Origin: Chloroflexota bacterium
GTDB lineage: Bacteria > Chloroflexota > Limnocylindria > Limnocylindrales > CSP1-4
Assembly (NCBI GenBank): GCA_003141955.1
Contig: PLOC01000111.1
Coordinates: 9,981 to 73,980, forward strand
DNA length: 64,000 nucleotides
Direction of reading: 5' to 3'
A model generated the notes under the pieces. That model searched no databases, was not told where the DNA came from, and saw only the letters and a program-made list of their open reading frames with translations. The position numbers and the translations under genes are program-made. Positions 1 to 9,630 of the stretch are shown in pieces. How positions within the stretch are numbered: position 1 is the first letter of the stretch; each line of letters starts with the position of its first letter.

Positions 1-651
1 GTCAACGGCCACCTCATCGGCTACCGCGAAGTGGCCGCTGCCGGCCGAATGCGGCGTCCCATCGCGAAGCTGCCCATCGTCGGGCGGGGCTTTGGCAAGC
101 CTGCTGGCGCCACGAAGCTGGTCGAGGACAAGGAGAAGAACATCGCCCTGCAGCGCCAGGAGATCGGCATGGTCTTCCAGCGCTTCAACCTGTTCCCGCA
201 CATGACAGCCCTTGAGAACATCATCGAGGCTCCGATCGGTGTGCGAGGCATGGACCACGACGAAGCCGTGGCGGTCGGCCGGGCGCTGCTCGAGCGCGTC
301 GGCCTGGCAGCCAAGGAGAAGGTCTACCCCAACCAGCTTTCCGGGGGGCAGCAGCAGCGCATCGCCATCGCCCGCGCCCTGGCGATGAAGCCCGCGCTGA
401 TGCTCTTCGACGAGCCGACCTCCGCCCTCGACCCCGAGATGATTGGCGAGGTGCTGGAGGTCATGAAGGAGCTGGCCCGCGAAGGCATGACCATGATCGT
501 GGTTAGCCACGAGATGGGCTTCGCCCGCGAGGTGGCCAACCGGGTTGTCATGATGGACGACGGCGTGGTCGTCGAAGAGGGCGTGCCGGACCAGATGTTC
601 AGCGCGCCAAAGCAGGACCGCACGAAGGCGTTCCTCTCGAAGATCCTGTAG
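1..651 (+). CDS. Polar amino acid ABC transporter ATP-binding protein (GlnQ-like), 5'-truncated by window edge
   Basis: [28 protein letters not shown] signature, Walker [24 protein letters not shown]; frame open from base 1. Confidence 0.93.
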   Translation, partial: VNGHLIGYREVAAAGRMRRPIAKLPIVGRGFGKPAGATKLVEDKEKNIALQRQEIGMVFQRFNLFPHMTALENIIEAPIGVRGMDHDEAVAVGRALLERVGLAAKEKVYPNQLSGGQQQRIAIARALAMKPALMLFDEPTSALDPEMIGEVLEVMKELAREGMTMIVVSHEMGFAREVANRVVMMDDGVVVEEGVPDQMFSAPKQDRTKAFLSKIL

Positions 652-679
652 TTCGCGGCGGGGCGCGGGGCGGCGGCGC

Positions 680-943
680 GACCTCTCGAACGATAGTCGC
701 ATGCCTTTCGTCCAGCAGCTTCGGCAGCTCGGCGCCGCGCCACCGTGGCGCCACGGGCAGCGAAACGCCCACGGCAGTCGCGACTCGGCGGACCATCCGG
801 AGTGAGGTTCCTTCGAGACCGCCGTTCTCGATTGCCGATACCACGGCCGAGCTCACGCCAGCCGCCGCCGCGACATCCGACTGCCGCAGGCCGCGCTTGA
901 TCCGCACCACCCTGATGACTGAGCCTACCCGAACGTCATCCAC
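680..943 (-). pseudogene. Truncated XRE-family HTH gene remnant
   Basis: GTG at 943 begins VDDVRVGSVIRVVRIKRGLRQSDVAAAAGVSSAVVSAIENG (XRE HTH). After LDERHATIVREV the frame becomes low-complexity and runs antisense into the ABC gene. Confidence 0.6.
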
Positions 944-1040
944 GCCGGGCAGCAGGACGAGGGCCCATTTGACCGCGCTTATCTGGCGGCACGCGGGAGC
1001 CACAGGGGCGCGCAGGAGGCCGGGACTTACGGGCGGTCGC

Positions 1041-2135
1041 TCAGTCGAGGCGGTAGATGATTCGCCCCTCGGCGTCGATGGTCGGGCCGCGCCGGACGAC
1101 CTCTTCGGACGCGGGCGACGACGCCAGAACCCCGGCCGCTCTCTCCGCCCGCTCCGCGCGCCGGGCCTCCGCGTCCGGCACCTGGTCGCGGGCGTGATAG
1201 CTCGATCGAACAAGCGGCCCCGACTCCACGTGGCGAAAGCCCAGCGCCAGCGCCTCCTCGCGCATCTCGGCGAACTCGTCGGGGTGGTAGTAGCGCTCGA
1301 CACGGAGGTGCCGAGCCGAGGGCCGCAGGTACTGCCCCACGGTCAGGATGTCGCAGTCGACCGCGCGCAGGTCCACGAACGTCTGGTGCAGCTCCGGCCG
1401 CGTCTCCCCCAGCCCGACCATGATCGAGGACTTGGTGTGGACCGCCGCGGCTCCGGCCGCCCCGCCGAGCTCGCGCGCGTACGCCTTCGCCCGCTCGAGA
1501 ACCCCGAGCGATCGGTCGTAGCGAGCCCTCTTCCGGACCGGCTTCTGCAGCCGCGCGACCGTCTCCACGTTGTGGTTCAGGATGTCCGGCCCGGCCGCCA
1601 TCACCGTCCGGAGCGGCGCCTCCTCCCCGTTGAAGTCGGGGATCAAGACCTCGACGCCCATGCCGGGGCACGCGTCCCGCAGCCGCCGGATCGTCTCGGC
1701 GAACACGCCCGCTCCCCCATCGGCCAGGTCGTCGCGGGCCACGCTCGTGACCACGACGTGATCCAGCCCCAGACCGCAGATGGCCTCGGCCACGCGGCGC
1801 GGCTCGTCCAGGTCGTGGAGGGTCGGCTTGCCCGTCTTCACCGCGCAGAACCCGCAGGCGCGGGTGCAGGTATCCCCGAGAATCATGATCGTGGCGGTTC
1901 GCTGGTCCCAGCACTCGCCCACGTTCGGACACTGGGCTTCCGCGCAGACGGTGTGCAGCGAGAGCCCGTTGAGCAGCCGCCGAACCTCGTGGTACGTCTC
2001 GCCCGAAGGTATCCGCGCCTTGATCCACTCGGGGTGCCGGCGCAGGGCCACGGACCCGTCGGCTGCGGGCTCGAAGGTACCGCCGGCCATGGCTATGGTC
2101 GGCGGGAGGATGCGCGAGGGCGGCCGACTCTCCAT
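1041..2135 (-). CDS. lipA: Lipoyl synthase (radical SAM)
   Basis: CAEAQCPNVGEC, CTRACGFC, NHNVETV, GQYLRPS, GPLVRSSYHA motifs. Confidence 0.97.
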   Translation of the reverse strand: MESRPPSRILPPTIAMAGGTFEPAADGSVALRRHPEWIKARIPSGETYHEVRRLLNGLSLHTVCAEAQCPNVGECWDQRTATIMILGDTCTRACGFCAVKTGKPTLHDLDEPRRVAEAICGLGLDHVVVTSVARDDLADGGAGVFAETIRRLRDACPGMGVEVLIPDFNGEEAPLRTVMAAGPDILNHNVETVARLQKPVRKRARYDRSLGVLERAKAYARELGGAAGAAAVHTKSSIMVGLGETRPELHQTFVDLRAVDCDILTVGQYLRPSARHLRVERYYHPDEFAEMREEALALGFRHVESGPLVRSSYHARDQVPDAEARRAERAERAAGVLASSPASEEVVRRGPTIDAEGRIIYRLD

Positions 2136-2144
2136 GGATCGAGT

Positions 2145-3641
2145 CTAGTAGATCGGCGTGTCGGGGCCGACAGCCTCGAGCCTGCAGATCACGTCGCGGA
2201 CGAACCGGCCCACCTGTGCCCCGTCGGTGGCGCGGTGGTCGTACCCGGCAACCAGGTTCATCATCGAGCGGATGGCGATGACGTCCCCTTCGGGCGTCTC
2301 GCGGACGACCGGCCGCTTCACGACGGCCTCGGTCGTGAGGATGCAGACTTCGGGCGTGTTGAGGATCGGGACGGTCAGGATCGAGCCGAACCAGCCGGTG
2401 TTGTCGATCGTGAAGGTGCCGCCCTGCAGGTCTTCGAGGCGTAGCCTGTTCGCTCGGGCTCGAGCGGCAAGATCCTGGATCGCCCGATTGATGCCGTTGA
2501 TCGAGAGCTGGTCGGCGTCGTGGATGACAGGGACGATGAGACCGTTATCCACGGCGATGGCGATGCCGACGTTGATGCGGCGCTTGCGGAGCAGGCCGCC
2601 TTCGGTGTAGTGGGCGTTCAGGTCGGGGTTCGCCATCAACCCTTCGACGACGGCCTTGACCACGAACGGCAGGAAGCTGAGTCCGACGCCCTCGCGAGCC
2701 TTGTAGGCCGCACCGAGCGCGGCTCGAAGCGTGACGACGGCCGTCATGTCGGCTTCGAACGTGCTGTGGGCGACCGGGACCGCGGCGGCTCGGGTCATCT
2801 GCGCGGCGACGCCACGGCGCATCTGATTGTGCGGAATCAGAACCTCGTCCTGGCCCGGCTCCCAGGCGACGGCGGACGTCGACGGCGACGGGGTCGAAAG
2901 GACCGACGGTGCCAGGCCCGGCGCATGACTCGGGACGCCGACCCCGGGTGCCAGATAGACCGACGGTGACACGGCGGCCTGGGCAGCCGCAGTCGCGGCT
3001 CCACGCCGCGTGGCGCCAGCGGGAATGGCGGCGCCGAGGCCCGCGGCGGCGGCGGTTCGCCCGCGCTCCACGAACTTCATCACGTCGTCGCGGGTGATCC
3101 GGCCGGAGTGGCCCGTCCCGACGATCTGTACAGGAGCAAGGCCGTGCTCTCGCAGCATGCGGCGGACCGAGGGGGTCATGCGCGCGTCCGGATCGCCGGC
3201 CTGGGCGTCGGGCGAGGCCTGCATCACCGGCACGAGAGCCGGCGGAGTGGCGAGAGTAGTGGAAGTGGCGGAGACCGTGGAGAGTCGCGCGGCCCGCGGC
3301 GCCGTCGCGGACGCCGCCGGCGAGGTCGTGGCCACGGCCGGCGTCCCGGGAGCCGCCGCACTCGCGGCACCCGCGGCAGCTCCCCGGGGAGCTGCCCCTG
3401 CCCCTGCTACTTCCTCGATCTCGGCGATCTCGACGTTGTACGGGACCGTCTGCCCCTCTTCGACGAGGATCCTGCTCAGCACGCCGGCGAAGGGCGACGG
3501 GACCTCGGCGTTGACCTTGTCGGTGATGACCTCCAGCAGCGGCTCGTCCCTGGCGACGCTGTCACCGGGGTGCTTGAGCCACTTCCCGATCGTCCCCTCG
3601 GCCACGCTCTCGCCGAGCTGGGGCATCGTCACCTTGGCCAC
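2145..3641 (-). CDS. Dihydrolipoamide acyltransferase (E2) of a 2-oxoacid dehydrogenase complex
   Basis: Lipoyl domain (MPQLGESVAEG...TDKVNAEVPSP), E3-binding domain (GTGHSGRITRDDV), catalytic DHRATDG; GTG start at 3641 after GGAGGAG. Confidence 0.93.
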   Translation of the reverse strand: MAKVTMPQLGESVAEGTIGKWLKHPGDSVARDEPLLEVITDKVNAEVPSPFAGVLSRILVEEGQTVPYNVEIAEIEEVAGAGAAPRGAAAGAASAAAPGTPAVATTSPAASATAPRAARLSTVSATSTTLATPPALVPVMQASPDAQAGDPDARMTPSVRRMLREHGLAPVQIVGTGHSGRITRDDVMKFVERGRTAAAAGLGAAIPAGATRRGAATAAAQAAVSPSVYLAPGVGVPSHAPGLAPSVLSTPSPSTSAVAWEPGQDEVLIPHNQMRRGVAAQMTRAAAVPVAHSTFEADMTAVVTLRAALGAAYKAREGVGLSFLPFVVKAVVEGLMANPDLNAHYTEGGLLRKRRINVGIAIAVDNGLIVPVIHDADQLSINGINRAIQDLAARARANRLRLEDLQGGTFTIDNTGWFGSILTVPILNTPEVCILTTEAVVKRPVVRETPEGDVIAIRSMMNLVAGYDHRATDGAQVGRFVRDVICRLEAVGPDTPIY

Positions 3642-3748
3642 GTATCGCTCCTCCTGCGAGGTCTCCCTGATGACGGGCTCGCCGCCGTCGCCGCTAGTTT
3701 GGCCCATCTGGCGTGAACCGGGCTAGCTGCGCGATTCACAGCCCACTC

Positions 3749-3850
3749 TCCGGGTTGCGTGCACGATGCCCGGCGGCCCCGGGTTTGCCGCGGCTCCGGC
3801 TACCGGCGGCTCCGGGTTGCTGCGGCTCCGGGTTGCTGCGACCCGTTGCC
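3749..3850. repeat. Degenerate short tandem repeats (GCGGCTCCGGGTTGCT-like)
   Basis: Several imperfect copies of CCGGGTTGC/GCGGCTCCGG between the E2 gene and the hydrolase. Confidence 0.5.
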
Positions 3851-4266
3851 CATCTTCGCCCGGGGCGAAGCTCGGCAGCCCAGTGCCCGATTCCGTTGTC
3901 TAATTCCGTCCGAGGCGATGGTAAGCGATCGGCGCCTCGATCCAAGCCGGGGCCGCGCGGCCGGCAAGCGTGGATTCGGCCGGGGCGAAGCCCAAGACGC
4001 GCGCCCAGGACCCCGAATACGCGCCCGTCAGCACCTACCATCGCCCCCGGTGATGTTGGGCAAGAAGAACCCGCGTGGCAGGCTCCCAGGCCCGGACGTG
4101 GAGCCACGCCACGCCCGCCGCCGACGCGCCGCCGCCCGTCTCGCACCGCGGCCCGCTACGATCAGCACCGAGTGTGGCCGCCGCGGCGCCGCCCATCATC
4201 GTTCCGCCGCGGCGCCCGCCCATCATGCTTTCGCAGAGCCCGCTTCGGAGCCCCAAGGAGGATCGA

Positions 4267-5043
4267 GTGGCCAGGACGATCGTGCTGATCCACGGGGCGT
4301 GGATGACGCCACTCTGCTGGGATGGCTTCGTCCGGCGCTACGAGGCCAGGGGATATCGCTGCATCGCCCCGGCCTGGCCCTACGACGACCGCCCCGTGCC
4401 CGAGCTGCGCCGCTCGCCCGCCCCGGAGCTGGCGCGCGTCGGCTTCGGCGAGCTGACCGACCACTATGCCCGCATCATCGAAGCGCTGCCGGAGCCGCCG
4501 ATCATCATTGGCCACTCGATGGGCGGCCTGGTGGCGCAGCAGCTGCTGGACCGCGGCCTCGGCACCGCCGGCGTGGCAATCGATCCCGCGCCCCCGCGCG
4601 GCGTCCTGGCCGGTCCTCGCGCCACGTGGTCCGGCCTGCCGACCGTCCTGGCCTGGGGCAGCTGGCGGAAGGTTCGACCGATGTCGTTTCGGCGCTTTGC
4701 CTGGAGCTTCTGCCACACCCTGGAAGCGGACGAGCAGGTCGCCGCCTACCAGCGCCAGGTCGTTCCGACGCCCGGCCGGCTGTACTGGCAGCTGCTGTTC
4801 GGCCGGGATACGAAGGTCGACTTCCGCAACGGCAAGCGCGCTCCACTGTTGATCACCGTGGCCTCCAGGGACCGCGCCGTCGATGCCTCCACGATCCGAT
4901 CGAACTACCGCAAGTACCGCCACTCCCCCGCCGTCACCGAGCTACTCGAGTTCCCCGACCGAACCCACTGGCTCATCGCCGCCCCCGGCTGGGAAGAGGT
5001 CGCCGACGCCATCCTCGACTGGGTCGCGAAGCGGTCGAGGTAG
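4267..5043 (+). CDS. Alpha/beta fold hydrolase
   Basis: IVLIHGAW oxyanion motif, GHSMGG nucleophile elbow, FPDRTHW catalytic His; AAGGAGG RBS before GTG. Confidence 0.9.
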   Translation: MARTIVLIHGAWMTPLCWDGFVRRYEARGYRCIAPAWPYDDRPVPELRRSPAPELARVGFGELTDHYARIIEALPEPPIIIGHSMGGLVAQQLLDRGLGTAGVAIDPAPPRGVLAGPRATWSGLPTVLAWGSWRKVRPMSFRRFAWSFCHTLEADEQVAAYQRQVVPTPGRLYWQLLFGRDTKVDFRNGKRAPLLITVASRDRAVDASTIRSNYRKYRHSPAVTELLEFPDRTHWLIAAPGWEEVADAILDWVAKRSR

Positions 5044-5061
5044 CCGCGCCGCCTAGCCGGG

Positions 5062-6501
5062 CTAGGCGTTGATCTGGCGGCCCGAGACGGCCATCGCCGC
5101 CTCGCCCATGATCTCGGCCAGGGTTGGGTGCGGATGCGTAGCTGCGCCGATCTCCCAGGCCATGGCTTCGAGCGTCATGCCGAGCGCGGCCTCCGCGATG
5201 AGATCCGTCACGGCCGGCCCGATCATATGCACGCCCAACACCTCGTCGGTGGTTGCGTCCGCGATCACCTTGGCGAAGCCCTCCGTCTCGCCCACGATCA
5301 CGGCCTTGGCGATCGCGGCGAAGTTGAAGACGCCCTTCTTGACGGCAATTCCGCGTGCCTCGCACTGCTGCTCGGTCAGGCCGATCGAGGCGACCTGCGG
5401 GTGCGTGTACGTCGCGCGCGGCTGGTGGTCGTAGTCGATCGCCTCGGGCCCCTCGCCGGCGATCTCGTGGGCCGCGACGATCCCCTCGTGCGCAGCCACG
5501 TGAGCGAGCATCAGCCCGCCGATCACGTCGCCGATGGCGTAGACGTGGGGCTCGGCGGTGCGCATCCAGCCGTCCACCTTCACGTACCCGCGCTCGAGCT
5601 CGACCTTCGTCGTCTCCAGGCCGATCCCCTCGGTGTTCGGCGCGCGCCCGGTCGCCATGAGCAGCTGCTCGACGCGCAGCTCTTCGGAGACACCGCCGTC
5701 CGGGCCAACGAGCATCGAGACGCCATCGGCCGTGACCTTCACCGAGGCCGCGTCGAAGCGGGCTTTCGTGACAATCTTGATGCCGCGCCGGGTGAAGCTG
5801 CGCTCAAGGGCGGCACTGACGTCACGGTCCTCGAGCGGGACGATCGCCGGCAGGTATTCGAGCAGCGTGACGCTGACGCCCAGGTCGTGGTACAGAGAGG
5901 CGAACTCGGAGCCGACCGCGCCGGCGCCGACGATAGCGATGCTCTTCGGCAGGTCTGCCTTGGTCGTTACGTCGTCCGAGGTGATGATTCGGTGGCCGTC
6001 GGGCACGATGCCGGGCAGGCTCTTGACGCGGCTGCCGGTGGCCAGGATCACGTTTCGGGCGTGAAGGACCCGTTCCCCGCCCGCGCCGGGTGCACCGTCC
6101 TCGCCGTTGAGCGCCATGCGGATCGCGCCGGCGCCTTCGAGGCGACCGCGCCCCGCGACCCACGTCACCTTGTTCTTGTCGACCAGGCCCTTCAGGCCGG
6201 TCCACATCCGCTTCACGACCTGGTCCCGCCGCCGGGCGATCGTTTCGAAGTCGAAGCCGGGCTGGCCTTCCAGCAGGATCCCGAACTCCTTCGCTTTCTT
6301 GAGGCGCGCGAACAGCTCGGCCGATTCGAGGAGCGCCTTGGTCGGAATGCAGCCGACGTGGAGGCACGTCCCGCCGATCTTGCCCACGTCAACGAGCGCG
6401 ACGTTCATGCCCAGTTGAGCGGCCCGAAAAGCGGCGGTGTAGCCACCGGTGCCTGCGCCGAGGACGATCAGGTCGAAGTCGTTGCTGGAGCCTGCGGCCA
6501 T
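5062..6501 (-). CDS. lpdA: Dihydrolipoamide dehydrogenase (E3)
   Basis: GAGTGGY FAD motif, GGTCLHVGCIP redox disulfide, GAGAVGSE NAD motif, HPHPTLAE C-terminus. Confidence 0.96.
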   Translation of the reverse strand: MAAGSSNDFDLIVLGAGTGGYTAAFRAAQLGMNVALVDVGKIGGTCLHVGCIPTKALLESAELFARLKKAKEFGILLEGQPGFDFETIARRRDQVVKRMWTGLKGLVDKNKVTWVAGRGRLEGAGAIRMALNGEDGAPGAGGERVLHARNVILATGSRVKSLPGIVPDGHRIITSDDVTTKADLPKSIAIVGAGAVGSEFASLYHDLGVSVTLLEYLPAIVPLEDRDVSAALERSFTRRGIKIVTKARFDAASVKVTADGVSMLVGPDGGVSEELRVEQLLMATGRAPNTEGIGLETTKVELERGYVKVDGWMRTAEPHVYAIGDVIGGLMLAHVAAHEGIVAAHEIAGEGPEAIDYDHQPRATYTHPQVASIGLTEQQCEARGIAVKKGVFNFAAIAKAVIVGETEGFAKVIADATTDEVLGVHMIGPAVTDLIAEAALGMTLEAMAWEIGAATHPHPTLAEIMGEAAMAVSGRQINA

Positions 6502-6660
6502 GGCTGTCGGCCTCGCGCTGCGGATCGGGGTGGATGTCCGAAGCGTACCCGGCGAGCCGGGAACGAGCAACCGAGCGGCCCGGACCGGCGCGGCGCGGAA
6601 GGTCGGACACGAAACGACCCGAGTACGGGGCCCGGGTCGTCGATCCGAAGAGAACTGGGG

Positions 6661-6984
6661 TCAGTTGCCGCGCGCGCTCCGGAAACAGTCGCTGCAGTAG
6701 ACCGGCTTGCCGGTGGTCGGCTGGAACGGGACCTCGGTGGCGCGTCCGCACTTGCTGCACGTGGCGGGGAACATCTGGCGGGGGCCTCGATCGTACTCGC
6801 CGCTGCCGTAGCCGCCGCCGCGGCCGGCGCCGCCCTCCGGACGCGCGGCTTTGCGCGCAGTACGGCAGGGGCCGCATCGCTTGGGTTCGGAGAATCCCCG
6901 CTGCGCGTAGAAGTCCTGCTCGCTCGCGGTAAATACGAACTGCTGGCCGCAGTCGGCGCAGACCAGAATCTTGTCCGTGTACAC
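6661..6984 (-). CDS. Zinc-ribbon / CxxC-x17-CxxC domain protein (paralog 1)
   Basis: DKILVCADCGQQFVFTASEQDFYAQRGFSEPKRCGPCR, Gly-rich linker, MFPATCSKCG...PVYCSDCF. Confidence 0.92.
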   Translation of the reverse strand: MYTDKILVCADCGQQFVFTASEQDFYAQRGFSEPKRCGPCRTARKAARPEGGAGRGGGYGSGEYDRGPRQMFPATCSKCGRATEVPFQPTTGKPVYCSDCFRSARGN

Positions 6985-7111
6985 GAGAAACTGGAACTCC
7001 TCTCAGTAGCCGCTCCCTCCGTGTCCTCGCGGCAACGCGTGAGAGGCCCGGTCGTCGTGCTACCTGGACGCTCGCTCACAGTCAGCCCGTGAGCTTTGCG
7101 GCGGGATTGTA
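6985..7111 (-). promoter_or_regulatory. Putative -10 (TACAAT) and structured 5' leader of CxxC paralog 1
   Basis: TACAAT at 7111-7106, hairpin at 7074-7094, CCTCTCAC complementary to the GAGAGG SD region. Confidence 0.55.
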
Positions 7112-7343
7112 CGTCCGGCGTTACCGCGTGCATAGGGTCCGGCAAGTCCAGGTTCGGGTACCGGCGCCGGGACCCGCATTGGTAGTTGACAAGTCTTGTG
7201 TCGCTGGTAAGAAACTACCCGACACACAACGGCACCCTTGGCGGGTTCAACGCAACGCGGACCCGGGCCAGTGTCCCCGGCAGCAGAGCCCTTTCTCGGT
7301 CGAAGCAATCCGTGTCCAGACAAGCCGATTGGATCTGAACGCC

Positions 7344-8675
7344 ATGAGCCACAGCCATCGCCGCCTCGCCGGGCTGGCCTCGGTCGCAGCCTTCGTCCTG
7401 GTGGCCAGCTTCGGTGGAATCTCGCCGGCAGCGGCCGCCACGGCCGCCCCCGTGGCGACCTTTGTCACGCCCATCCCCGGACTGACCACGGTGACCCAGA
7501 CGGGCTCATTCGGTGCGAGCTGGACGATCGCAAAAGGCGTGTCGGTCAGCTCGACCGCCGTGGTAGTTCAAACGTCGCGCCCGTTGGGCGCAACCGGCTG
7601 CGACCTCCGCTGGCTCCCCGTCGGATCGGGGTCCGCATCCGGCACTTCGTATTACGTCGCTGGGCTCCTGCCCAACCGGTGCTATCGATTCCTGCTCATG
7701 CTCACCACCGGCGCCGGAACGCAGACCGTGACTTCGTCGACCTTCATCCCCGCGCCGGCCGGCCTGGGCCCCACGGCCGACTTCACGAACCCATTCGCGG
7801 ACGGGCTTGTCGTCTACGAGACGGCGGCCACGATCGGCTGGGCGCAGCGGGACACCTTCGGCTCCACGATCACCTCGCGCAGCCTGTCCGAGCAGTCGGC
7901 CGCGGCGGTTGGCGGCGCCTGCACGGGCGTGGCATGGTCGAGCCCGACGAATCTCTCGTTCACCGGGTACTCGGTCAACCGGACCCTACAGCCCTCTTTC
8001 TGCTACCGATACCTGCTGACGCTCCAGGACGCCGCCGGCTTCCGAAGCGAGCTCACATCGGGCGCGATGCTCGAGGCGACCGGGCTGCCCGCCTGGACGG
8101 GCACTCTCGACTTCTACCGGCCCAGCGCCTTCGCCTCGCAGGCAACGACCACCTGGTGCGTGGCCGCGAGCAGCCAGATGATGCTGAACATGATCCTCGG
8201 CCAGAGCGACTCATCGAGCAACTCCCAGGCCACGTACATCGCCTACGGCCAGGCCCACGACGGAGGCAATTACCCGAGCGGGACGAACCCGGCCGGCTGG
8301 TCCGCGATCCTCGACCGGTACGGCGGCGCCACCTACTCGGTGCAGACTTTTGGCGACAGCACGTCGGCCTTGAAGCAGGCCGCCCTTCGAATGCGTCAGA
8401 CGAACAGGCCGGTGGGGATGCTGGTCTGGAAGGGCCGCCATGCCTGGGTCATGGACGGCTTCACCGCCACCGCCGACCCGGCGACCACGAGCAACTTCAC
8501 GATCACCTCGGTCGACGTCGCCGGGCCGCTCTACCCGCGGCCGATGAACTCGTCCGGATACGACCTGCCGCCCGACACGCAGCTCACACCTGCCCAGCTG
8601 GCCACGTACTTCCTGCCATACACCGACTCGATCGTGAAGACCTGGAACGGCAAGTACGTGTTGATCGTGCCGTAG
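7344..8675 (+). CDS. Secreted protein with repeated beta-rich domains and a C-terminal C39-like (papain-fold) domain
   Basis: Signal peptide ending PAAAA, two C...CY(R)FLL/YLL repeats, SQATTTWCVAASSQMML and GRHAWVMDGF. Confidence 0.65.
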   Translation: MSHSHRRLAGLASVAAFVLVASFGGISPAAAATAAPVATFVTPIPGLTTVTQTGSFGASWTIAKGVSVSSTAVVVQTSRPLGATGCDLRWLPVGSGSASGTSYYVAGLLPNRCYRFLLMLTTGAGTQTVTSSTFIPAPAGLGPTADFTNPFADGLVVYETAATIGWAQRDTFGSTITSRSLSEQSAAAVGGACTGVAWSSPTNLSFTGYSVNRTLQPSFCYRYLLTLQDAAGFRSELTSGAMLEATGLPAWTGTLDFYRPSAFASQATTTWCVAASSQMMLNMILGQSDSSSNSQATYIAYGQAHDGGNYPSGTNPAGWSAILDRYGGATYSVQTFGDSTSALKQAALRMRQTNRPVGMLVWKGRHAWVMDGFTATADPATTSNFTITSVDVAGPLYPRPMNSSGYDLPPDTQLTPAQLATYFLPYTDSIVKTWNGKYVLIVP

Positions 8676-8714
8676 CGAGCGCAGCGAACGGCGAAACCGA
8701 CAGCGGATCCGGGC

Positions 8715-9611
8715 TCAGAGTCGATCGGCTTCCTGCGGGATGCCGATCGGTGCCACCAGCACCCTGCCCGCGACGGCGGCGCCGCGTCGCGCCAGCAGCC
8801 CCGTCTTGGGCCGGTGGAAAGTGACGGTCAGATGCGCCCGAACGACTGGGTCGGAGAGGTCGCCGCTGGTCAGGTCGACGGCGGTCGGACAGTCGACCGC
8901 GATGATCGGGATGCCCGCGCGCCGCGCCCTGGCGATCAGCTCGACGGCGCTGCGGATCGGCTCGCGCAGCGGCCCGGCGGTACCGGTCCCGAGCAGCGCG
9001 TCCACGACCACGGCCGCCTTCTCGATGCCCTGAGCGAGGATCGCCACGTCCCGGGGGACGGGGGTGTGGACCCGTTCGACCCGGTCCTCGGCGTCGAGGC
9101 GGTCCCAGTTGCGGGCTGCGTCCCTGCCCGCCGGGCGCCCCTCGCCGGCGACCAGCGCGACCACGACCTTGGCCCCGTTTCGAGCCAGGTGACGCGCCGC
9201 GACGAAGCCGTCGCCGCCGTTGTTGCCGGGTCCGCACAGGACCAGGATCGGCCCCCTGCCCCAGCGTTCCGTCTCAACGGCCAGGGCACGAGTGGCCGCG
9301 GCCACCGCGCAGCCTGCCTGCTCCATCAGGCGCGTGCCCGTCACTCCCATCGCCTGGGCCCGCCGGTCGGCGCCGCGCATGGCCTCGGCTCCGATCGCGG
9401 AGGACTCCATCGACCGGGACCAGCGGGCCGCCAGCTCATCCAGGCCCAGCGTGAACAGCGTGGCGTCGTCCGCGGGGAGTGGCGGCACCCGCCACGGATC
9501 CGCCTCCGGGGTTCCGTCGGCGGACTGGGCCGCATCGGCAGGAGTGGCGTCGGCGGGCCGAGCGGCAGCGGCCGCCCGGCGGTTCGAGGCGTCGCGTCTC
9601 GGCGTGGGCAT
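8715..9611 (-). CDS. nnrE: NAD(P)H-hydrate epimerase (stand-alone YjeF N-terminal domain)
   Basis: LMEQAG, LCGPGNNGGDG, VDALLGTG, AVDCPT, TVTFHRPK, APIGIP. Confidence 0.9.
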   Translation of the reverse strand: MPTPRRDASNRRAAAAARPADATPADAAQSADGTPEADPWRVPPLPADDATLFTLGLDELAARWSRSMESSAIGAEAMRGADRRAQAMGVTGTRLMEQAGCAVAAATRALAVETERWGRGPILVLCGPGNNGGDGFVAARHLARNGAKVVVALVAGEGRPAGRDAARNWDRLDAEDRVERVHTPVPRDVAILAQGIEKAAVVVDALLGTGTAGPLREPIRSAVELIARARRAGIPIIAVDCPTAVDLTSGDLSDPVVRAHLTVTFHRPKTGLLARRGAAVAGRVLVAPIGIPQEADRL

Positions 9612-9630
9612 CGGGTGTCTCCTGGCCGCC

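Noticed and set aside
897-2444. Long antisense and alternate-frame ORFs (e.g. 897-2444, 5128-7092, 10777-12600, 33225-35051, 43283-45607, 59218-61506)
   Set aside because: They shadow well-supported genes and are Arg/Gly/Pro-rich, as expected from stop-codon scarcity at high GC.
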